A stretch of DNA of 64,000 nucleotides, from positions 11,521 to 75,520 of the forward strand of contig CDMY01000445.1 in the NCBI GenBank assembly GCA_001179505.1, given 5' to 3'. Shown one piece after another: positions 45,693 through 55,285 of the stretch. The notes under the pieces were generated by a model. That model was not told the DNA's origin, searched no databases, and saw only the letters and a program-made list of their open reading frames with translations. The translations under genes and the position numbers were made by a program. How positions within the stretch are numbered: the stretch's first letter is position 1; every line of letters starts with the position of its first letter. This DNA comes from Vitrella brassicaformis CCMP3155. Taxonomy: Eukaryota > Protista > Chromerida.

Positions 45693-48130
45693 TCACATCA
45701 CCACACAACCTCCCTCCACCTCCCTTATCAGCCCCCAGCACCCCCAGCTGCCGCCGCAGCAGCCCGTCCCCCCGATGGCGGCCTCCTCCCCCTCGATGGT
45801 GATGGTGGTGGCGACGGCCTTGGTGGGGTACAGCGTCGATGAAGGCCGCCACTGCTGCCTCCACCTCCTCCTCCCTCTCCCTGGCCTTTCGCTTCTCCTG
45901 CACCCGCCTCTGGAAGTCCGCCTGCCGCGCCGGGGTTCGAGCTTGGCCTTGGCGGCCGCCAGGCGCTGGTCCAGCTCCCGGCTCGCCTCCTCCGACTTCT
46001 CAATGCTCTTCTTCAGAGCATCGAGCTCCTCACGCACCTCTGAACGGATCCCCTTGCGCAGCTCCCGCAGCTGTGGGTTGGGTTTGTCCTGCGTGTGGCC
46101 AGTGATCTTGCTCACCTCCTCGTCCCCCTCGATGATGGTGTCCTCCTGTGTGGCGGTGTCGGGCTTGGGGGACGGGTTGGTGAGCTTGACGTACTTGTCG
46201 ATGGCCGCCTCCACCTCGCGGCGTCGTTTGAGCCTCGCGGTTCCTGGATGGATGGATGGACGGAGCACACAGGATACCGCGAAGGCATCGTCAAGTCTAT
46301 TTGAGGCTGGATGTGTCGTATGTTGTGTTGCTGCCTACCCCTTGCACGTCAGACAGCTCCTTCTCAATCTTCTGCCCACCCAGACAGAAGGGAGAGAGAC
46401 ATGCAATGGAATGGATGTTACGACTGAGCCTTACCACGCTGAGCCTTGCGATATCCCAGCCACACCACTCCGTCTCGGGGAGAATCCTTGGGAGACCGTA
46501 GCAGGCGCCGCGGGAGGGGAGTCTCAGGTGCCATTTGAAGTGGGGGACCACCTCAATCAGCAGTGAGATCGGCAGGGCTTCGAGGCAGCGAAAGGGCAGA
46601 TGGAGAAAGACACCAGCGAGCAGATTGACGTTCTGCATCGGTGACAGACACAAAGAGACGGTCTCTGTCTGTATCTATCTGCGTATGGGTTGGGTACTTC
46701 TACGAGGTATGTGAGGGTGTCGATCAGCGCCTCCGTGTCATCGGCGTTGCTCTCGACGCCACACACACCAGACTGCACCTGAAGAGGGGCACCAAGCGAT
46801 GCATTACCACACGTGCACTGCAACAACCCTCCGTCAGGCGTGTCGATGCGCACCTTGATGGTATTGGGGCTGTCCATCGGACGTCGATGCCTGGCGTCCG
46901 ACCGTCCAGTCGCCGCCGTGCGAGCCCTCCCGCACGGTGACCAACCGAAGCAGCGCTGAGACGCAAAACAACATCCACACACGTGAGTGTGGTGGCTGTA
47001 GTCGAGCCGTACGCGTATCAAAGGCATGGCATGCAGCCCCGGGAGACAGGCACCGCGCACCACGCCACCACCCTCAGATTCATCGATCTGCACACACAGC
47101 CACAGGGGCCGACTCACAAACACGGGAGAAAGGACAGATGGATGGATGGATGGATGTGGCCACGAGAGTGGGTGTGTGGGGGTGTGTGTGATCACTCACC
47201 GGTATGAGAGATTTGCCTCCTGCGATGAGTGTCTCCGATACAGCTACGTCACCACCAGCAGATACGCACGACTCGGCCTTGGTCTTGCGTATCATGGATG
47301 AGGGCGCGGGCAAGTCGAGAAGGCTGTCGTGTGGGTTGGTGGTGGGGCGGGGCGGCTGTGACGTCTTGACGCGGCAAGTGAGGCGGCGTCGCTCGGCCTC
47401 TATGGCGGCCGAGCCCACCTGATGGGGCTGAAATCGCTGCACAAGACCAATGTGAGTGAGCATGGCGGCTGTGGGGTCAGACTGTCCCTTCTTGTCGTCT
47501 TACATACATTAAGATAGCACGCCACACTGAGCTGAGTCAGCTGCAGTAGAGAGGGGATGTTGAAAAAGTCCGCCGCCTGCAGCGGGTCCAGGACACCAAA
47601 CACGTACAGAGGGCGCGTGTGCTGTGTGTCTGGTGACTCTGGCGGTTGCTGTACCTTCATGATTCTGAGGACCTGATACTCGTTCTGTCGGAGATAGAAG
47701 GCGTCCCACCCATCAGACACGACCTGCATTCCAAAAGAAGAAGCGGCAATGAAGATTCACGCAGCTCATGAGCCATATGAGCCATATGATCGTCTGCATC
47801 TGACCTCCCCGATGTGGTGTGACTCGACGCGTTTGCAAGGCAGCCACGGATCCTCGTCGGCCACATGGCGCTCGCAGTACTCCAGCACCGCCATCAGAGT
47901 GAGTCTGCTAAACTGACGGACCGGCAGCGGCTCATCGGCGTCTGCGAGAGATGCACACAAGAACTCACAGACGGGCTCGGAGGGATCTCAGCCAGATGTT
48001 CTCTCTCACCCCCTTCCGACATGTCTGCGATGACATCCGATTTCTGCACCGCCGCATCAATGGTGGTCGCGTCCAGATGCATCAAACCGGTTCTCGCCAC
48101 GAGAACGAGGCGGCGCTTCGTCATATCCAT
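45693..48130 (-). CDS. Skp1-like (POZ) N-terminal domain apparently continuing into an unknown middle region, a coiled coil and a Cys-rich tail; may be two genes or partly degenerate
   Basis: RRLVLVARTG...AVQKSDVIADM..DADEPLPV...LTLMAVLEYCERH...WDAFYL...MKAADFFNIPSLLQL matches Skp1 (KLQSSDG...SVTIKTM...PVPLPNV...ILKKVIQWCTHH...WDQEFL...AANYLDIKGLLD). Downstream exons chain in frame except one junction near 46250, which needs a weak GAG acceptor. Confidence 0.6.
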
Positions 48131-50499
48131 CACAGCCCCGAGATTTACGACGGGACGGGAGCTGGCGAGCTTTTAAGCTGGCATCCAACCTTGCTCACTG
48201 CACACTTGGGGCTCCTGCCCTGCCGGGGAGTAGACAGCGAAGCACTGCAGGCAAGGAGCAGACAGCCGACACAGGATAGTCCCCTCCACAAGCGGGGACA
48301 GACTTGTCTGAACGAGACGCGAACACAGTAACAGAGCCGTGGGCACTCGATGATCGACCACACTCGTACAACAGACGCATCATGAACCGTCACACCGACG
48401 GGAAGCGAGAGGGTGAACCGGAGAATGAAACGGCCGATTTAAGGCCACATATAAAACCTCTCGGCGACTGGCCACACACAGCAGTGCAGCGGGAACTAGC
48501 GTCTATAAGTAAGTCAAGTCCATAGGTTCACCGTCTGGCTTTTTCTCCCTTTTTCTCCCTCCCTCCCTCCCTCCCTCCCTCCCTGGCTGGCTGGCTGGCT
48601 GGCTGGCTCTCTATACACTGTGCTGCACGTACCAAGTTTTGCCATCCATCCATCCACTTGCTGACTGATCACCCCATGTAATTCATCTCATCTCGACTTA
48701 TCAGGATGGCATCATCCGTGCTGTGGTGTGATGGTGCATGGTGCCATACCAATACACACATACATACATTGTGCAGACAAAGGAGGGATGGAGGGAGGAA
48801 GTGCAGTGACTGTGTGGATGGGTGGATGGACAGATGGGTGGCCTGACTGTGTGTGTGAGACGCATTCTCACTAACGTAAACATCATCGATAAAAGACATG
48901 CTATCTATCAGCATCGATGGATCCGCTCGCTATGTGCCAAGCAGGAGATAGATACTACTCGGAAGCGGCACGGCACAGAGGCGTGGGCAAACCCACGGAA
49001 AAGACACACACACACATACACACAGAGCACAGACGCAAGCAGTTGTCCACTGACCTGACTGACGTCCACACACGGCACAGACGCACGCATAGGGACACAC
49101 AGACACACACACAGAGAGAGAGAGAGAGGGTGGGGTGAGTGTGTGGGGGGTGGATGGTGCAAGTAAGTGTATGTGAATGTGTATGTGTATGTGTGTGTGT
49201 TCGTGTAAGCAAGTGCCACACATCAGTGCACGATGCACACACACACACACACACACATATGTATACGCACCGATGGACACACCGTGTGTGTGTATGTGTG
49301 TGTGTGTGTGTGGAGGTGGCTGGTTGTGAGTGAGCTGCTCTCTCTGCCCGAGACACATGGATACGTATGAGGGTTTCTGACTAGGCCAGCTGGCCAGCCC
49401 AGGCAGCTACATACACTCATGTATGTAGATGAGCTGTGCGGCGGCACAAGAAGCTGTCGATGGGATGATTGATGGCCCGACAGCGCAGTGGTGGTGTCTG
49501 GCGGAGGCTGGAAATGCGGCCAGCGACGAAAAACAGCGGCGGAAAGAGCAGTGTTCCTGCGCAGTAGGAGAAAGCTGTGCATCGCGTCGGCATGTGGGTG
49601 CCTGAGTGGGTGAGTGGGCATGTCGCGGGCCGCTAAGCAAAACCGCCGGATGACAAAGGGAAGCCAGTGAATGAATGGTGGGCCAACAATGTGGAGTTAG
49701 TCAGTCAGTCAGTCAGTAGCAAGCTACACAGATGCACCGGGTCGACCTTTGTGTGCTCGTGGTGCGCATGTGTGTCTTGGCGGTCGGGTGTGGTGTGAAG
49801 CGGGCCGCACCCAACACCGCCAAAGCAGGAGAGGAGCAGTGAGTCTGTGGGTGCCTGCAGTAAGGTACGTAAGCCTATACATGCATACAAACAGCACATG
49901 GTGAGTGGAGTGAGTAGGTCGAATGAACCGTGGACCAAAAATACAACAAATACGCAGTCAGTCAGTCAGCAGTAGTAAGTCGACATGGATGCACACGGGC
50001 ATGGCGTTACGCTCACACCTCTACACGCATCTCACGCATCCACGAACCATGCATGGGTCACGATTGTCACCACATGAGAGTGAATTCGTCTGTCATCCAT
50101 CCATCCATCCCTCCATCCAGACACACACACCCCGACACGCTGGCTGCATCACAGTCAGTCAACGAGCAGGCATGGGCCTCATCCATCCATTCTGGCAGCC
50201 AGTATTTCACAAATAAGTCAGTCACGCAACTAGAAATTACCAGACGGTGCCAATGTCTACACCGACACTCTGATAGAGGTCACGCCACCCACACCCATGG
50301 CCAGCCCCGGGCCGACACCATCCATCCATCCACCCACCCTCCACCAACCGACCTCCCGCCCCCGACAAGCACCACCACCACCACCACCAACCGATTGTTT
50401 CGGTCAACGAGAACACCGCCGACGCACATAAGAAGTAGACAGACGGGGAGTAGACAGCGACAGACACACCACACCCACGCACACGAACGAAAAGGGAGT

Positions 50500-50614
50500 G
50501 TCCGCACCATACGGAGGGACGAAAAGAAAACGAGAAAGCGGCGTCCGCACCATACGGAGGGACGAAAAGAAAACGAGAAAGCGGCGTCCGCACCATACGG
50601 AGGGACGAAAAGAA
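50500..50614. repeat. 43-bp minisatellite, about 2.7 contiguous units, close to the assembly gap
   Basis: gtccgcaccatacggagggacgaaaagaaaacgagaaagcggc at 50500 and 50543, with a partial unit at 50586. Confidence 0.92.
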
Positions 50615-50689
50615 TACGACAAAGGAGAAGAAAAGGCAACGGGTAGGGCTGCTGACTCAAAAGCAATACAATACAACACACTAATTAAC

Positions 50690-50989
50690 NNNNNNNNNNN
50701 NNNNNNNNNNNNNNNNNNNNNNNNNNNNNNNNNNNNNNNNNNNNNNNNNNNNNNNNNNNNNNNNNNNNNNNNNNNNNNNNNNNNNNNNNNNNNNNNNNNN
50801 NNNNNNNNNNNNNNNNNNNNNNNNNNNNNNNNNNNNNNNNNNNNNNNNNNNNNNNNNNNNNNNNNNNNNNNNNNNNNNNNNNNNNNNNNNNNNNNNNNNN
50901 NNNNNNNNNNNNNNNNNNNNNNNNNNNNNNNNNNNNNNNNNNNNNNNNNNNNNNNNNNNNNNNNNNNNNNNNNNNNNNNNNNNNNNNNN
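50690..50989. other. Assembly gap (300 N)
   Basis: Run of N. Confidence 1.
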
Positions 50990-51517
50990 GCGGTCTTCTT
51001 GGCCTCCTTGACGGCCCTCACCCAGCACCACCGGATGATCGACGTCACCGAATTGACCACAGTGCCATCCCTAGTGGTGCACAGCACACGCAACAACCAT
51101 TGCGGTGGCACGTGCATACACCGCTGCACACCTGCCCGGGTCACCCACTTACCAGTCGAAGCAGACGCACCGCAGGACAGGCTTGTCGGACACCGCCTCC
51201 CTCACATCGTGGCCGACAGCCGCCTTGTCATGACACGGAGTGGGGTGCGGAGAGGGAGGGGCGCGGTCGGTCTGCACTGATGCCGCCGGTCGGAGGCCGA
51301 ATGGTGCAGTGGCTGGGGAGGGAAAGTGGGGCCGCTGCTGGGTGTCTCGCTCGTAGTAGAGCTGGCCTTCGTGTGTGGGCTGCTGTGACCAACGGGTCTG
51401 CCGGATGGCCTCGCCCGTCAATCGCCGAGTGACCAACGGGTCTGCCGGATGGCCTCGCCCGTCAATCGCCCGAGTGACTAAGGCCCACAGGCGGATTGCT
51501 TGCATGCGGCCCGGCAT
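50990..51517 (-). CDS. HAD-superfamily hydrolase, 5' fragment truncated by the assembly gap; start uncertain
   Basis: A GT-AG intron (about 51071-51150) joins VLRCVCFDW to DGTVVNSVTSIIRWCW, forming HAD motif I (hhhDxDGT). The frame then runs into N. Confidence 0.55.
51385..51473. repeat. 44-bp tandem duplication
   Basis: gtgaccaacgggtctgccggatggcctcgcccgtcaatcgccga x2; the second unit has one extra C. Confidence 0.9.
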
Positions 51518-54043
51518 CTACAGCGCGGAGACGGCACTCCCGTGGCCTGACACAACCACTCCCACCTGCACACACACACACGTGACAGCCATGAGAGCAC
51601 AACAAGAGATGAGAGATGACCTCCGCCGTGTATGTGTGTGTGTAGGTCTCGTACCTTCCTCCTCTCAGGCAAGAAGCGGGGAGTCGTAGAGGGATGGATG
51701 AGTGAATGGGCGGCGGCTGACTGCAGCCGGCCTGCAGAAAGACAACAGGCAGACAGACAGACAGACGAGGAGCTCAGAGAGGTCGACCACATGTGTCTGT
51801 CACGTGTGCACATCTGTGAGTGTTCGCGTGTGTACCTGGATAAACAAACATGGCGGGCGGGCCAGCAAACACACACCACCACACACAGCGGCCTTCCCGC
51901 AACCTGAAGCAGCCAGCGGACCAAAGACATCCGTGCATTGCATTGCATGTGTGTGTGTGTGCGCCAAGTGCATGTCCGAACGTACAGCCCCGCCCTGCGT
52001 ACCGGTCGGTGGAGTGGTGCGTGGAGGGGGGAGGGAAGACGTGCCTATCATTTCCTTTTTGGTATTGCCTTCTTGTGGGCCTCTCTTTTCCCTCTCTCGG
52101 CCTTCTTCAGGGGGCCTTTGGCTTTGCTTTCCCTCTCTCTCTTCGTCCCTTCCCTTGTCTGTCGGGCAGCCAGCCACCGAGTAAAAACTGACTAGATGAC
52201 GTCAGAAATGACAGTAAAAATGACTAAAGAATGCAATGACGCACACAGACAGGCCAGACGATCGAAATCGAGAGGGACAGGCAGGCGAAAACGAAATCCA
52301 TCGGTCATGCGGACACGTGTGTGTGTGTGAGGGCAGAGCCGTCATCAGCCAGGCCATGAAGGGGGAAAGGGACACACATGCACGCAGCCATCACACAAAG
52401 GTTTTCGAAGGGCACCACGGCCAGACAGCCGGCCATGGGCCCCTCCTTTTCTGGTCTTTTTTTTGCGGCGGCCAGACGCACGCAGCAAGCATTATGGTAC
52501 ACGAGGCCCGTCACACAACACACCCACGCCAGCCACACACACACACACCGCCCTCCCACTCACCATAGCTCACCCCTCCCTCAGACACACACAGCCCCGC
52601 CCCACAACACGGACGCATAAATGACGGTAAAAAGTGACTAAAAAGTGACACACATGGGGGACGGCAGCGGGCAGGCAGAGGTGGATACATGGATGGATGG
52701 ATGGATGGACGTGTGGCGCATTACGACGACACCTCTCTCTCTCTCCTCGCTCACACGCACCCACCACACGTGGCGACGCACTCAAACACATCCACATCAA
52801 TGCACATTGCAATGCATCCACACGGCTTGTCCGGTTGGCAACACACTGATGGGTGGAGGGAGGGATAGGTGGATGGACAAACACACTCGCTACATGTACC
52901 ATTTCCCATGCAAGCACCAAAAGGGCCGTCTGCTCTCACATCTGTGTAAACACGTGCACCCTCTCTCTCTCGGAAGGCACCACACACAGACACGCACACA
53001 CAGCCACACTCAGTCAACGGCTTGGCCGTAGGTACACATCACGGCACGGCAGACAGCTGCATGCACCATGCATTCATTACGTTAAAAATTGGGCCCACTC
53101 ACACACAGACAGATGCACTTCGGTATTTATGGACGGACCAGTGAGTGTATGAACATTACTTACAGACGGCACATGTATCACATCACACCATGCTGGCGAG
53201 ACTGTACATGCCATAGGCAATGCCCTTACCCCCACATCACACCACACAATAGTGAATTCCCACTAAGGGGGAATTAATTAATCCCGCGCACCGTGCGGGG
53301 GCTCTTCCAGGCGTCGCCGCCCATGGCGGGTCCTCCGACGAGACGGCTAGCACCACCTTGAAGGCACATGCGCCGCAGTGAGGGAAGGGGTGGGTGTTGC
53401 CTGACTTGCCGTCCTTGAGCGAATCGCTGCTCGCCACTCCTGGGCCGCTGCCCACAACGACACGGGGTATGTACTGGATGGCCAGCAGGTCCAGATGCAC
53501 CTCGGGGGAGTAGCTCCCAGACGTCACGCCACCCACACCCACCCATGGCCAGCCCCGAGCCGACGCGGGAGGCGTACGAGAGGGGAGGGGAGGAGGCCTG
53601 GGGGCTGCTGGCGTCGCTCTACACCCTCACGGATGATGGTCTGGAAGGGCACGTTGGGCTTGTGTTGTGACTGCAGAGGCGGCGTGTCGCTCCATCGGGG
53701 TTATCCCCGGCCGCACCATACCCAGAGTGCTGACGGGCCCACACAGATGTCGACGTGGCTGCGCTTGGTGCGCGGGCGCAGGGGCCTTGGCCACGTTGAG
53801 ACGTCCTTGGGCAGCTGGGGTATGTATCGATTACTCACACGACAACACTGACTGACAGATCAAACAGACACAGGAAGGACACAAGAGCAAGGAAACACTT
53901 GTTGGTTTGTATTGCAGGTAGGAGTGCACTTGTCTCTCTCTCTCTCTCTGTCTGCGTGTGTGCTGTGCCGACCTCCTAGCCATTCTGATGGTCTGCTGCT
54001 GGGGGGTCGCGCCTAACAACACGCCCCCGCCAGCAGCAGCCCA

Positions 54044-55072
54044 TCAGCGGGCTGCGGTGGGGCAGCAGCAGCCGAAGGGGTTGCGGAGGATCTTGAAGAA
54101 CCCCCAGCACCCCCAGCTGCCGCCGCAGCAGCCCGTCCCCCCGATGGCGGCCTCCTCCCCCTCGATGATGGTGGTGGTAGCGGCGGCCTTGGTGGGGTGC
54201 AGGGCGTCGATGAAGGCCGCCACTGCTGCCTCCACCTCCTCCTCCCTCTCCCTGGCCTTCCGCTCTTCCTGCAGTCGCTTCTGGAGGTCTGCCCGCCACA
54301 CCTGCGGGTCCAGGTCAACGGTGGCGGCGAGCAGCTCCTTCTGCAGCTCCTGGCCAGCCTCTTGCGACTTCTCGATCCGCCTCTTCACAGCATCGAGCTC
54401 CCCCCGCAGCTCGTGCAGCACCTTGCGCAGCTCCTGGAGCTGCGGGTTGGGTGGGATACAGACAGGCAGACAGCAGAGAGGGACAGAGACCGTGAGTGCG
54501 ACTCGAGTGGTTCTTTCCGCCCGGCTTCGCTATGTGTCGGTCTGTCTGCGCTTTACCAGGCGGCTGAGCTCGCTCATCTACTCCTCCGGCACGACCTGAC
54601 GTACACGCGACAAACACACAGCAAGAAACACGATCAATGAATGCGGGTGTGTGAGGCTAGTGACGTGGGTGTATCTCAGCTCACCTCGTCCTCGTCGAAA
54701 CTGTGGGGCAGCGGCTGTAAGAAGGCATGGACAAGACACATCACAGAAACGATAAGTGCACATAATGCAAGGCGATGCTTGCCGGCTGCTACTGCATGCA
54801 GCAGGGATTGGTGCATGGGTTGTACCAGCTTGGTGAGGGCTTCATAGGCGACGTTGAGGGCCTTCTGCACCTCAACGTCGCCACCCTTATCGGGATGGTT
54901 CTTCTGCAGACAGATGCCATGCCACCAAGGGGATAACAGGTGGATGCAGCTCACGCCTCCGTCAGTGAACGCTGCCTACCATCGACAGCCTCCGATATCG
55001 TTTGGTGATTTCGGCCTCCGAGGCGTTGGCAGGCAGGCCCAGTGTGGCGCAGTGCCTGGCTCTCGCTGACAT
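54044..55072 (-). CDS. J-domain protein with a coiled coil and a C-terminal Cys-rich tail
   Basis: MSARARHCATLGLPANASEAEITKRYRRLSM|KNHPDKGGDVEVQKALNVAYEAL. Coiled coil LQELRKVLHELRGELDAVKRRIEK... Tail IIEGEEAAIGGTGCCGGSWGCWGFFKILRNPFGCCCPTAAR*. A TAG at 54578-54580 is either a premature stop or a splice acceptor. Confidence 0.75.
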
Positions 55073-55285
55073 CGTCGCTGGGTGCTTCAACTTTGACTTC
55101 AACTTCAACTCTGTGCGACCTCCTCTGCCTGAAAGGGTTTTACGGAAAGCGAGCTTTCCTGTTGGCGAGAGGAGAAGATGGACGACCATTCCCCTGTTGG
55201 CCTGTTCCCAATGAGGGGGCGGTGGCTTGTCACTCGTTCGGCCAGCCCGGGACCGCCCTCATTCATACACAACCTCGCTGAGGGG

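Noticed and set aside
45637-46566. 309-aa plus-strand ORF, and similar ORFs antisense to the CCCH, ABCC and J genes
   Set aside because: These are shadow frames of GC-rich coding exons on the opposite strand.
50500-50614. 43-bp repeats as a CRISPR-like array
   Set aside because: The units are contiguous with no unique spacers, there are no cas genes and the context is eukaryotic. It is a minisatellite.
53250-53290. Short inverted repeat aattccc...gggaatt as a terminator or transposon end
   Set aside because: The stem is only 7 bp, there is no U-tract or matching partner end with a target-site duplication, and intrinsic terminators are not expected in a nuclear genome.
54578-54580. Stop-codon recoding (pyrrolysine, selenocysteine or an alternative code) at the in-frame TAG
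   Set aside because: TAG, TGA and TAA act as ordinary stops in the other genes of the window. Alternative acceptor use or a nonsense mutation is simpler.
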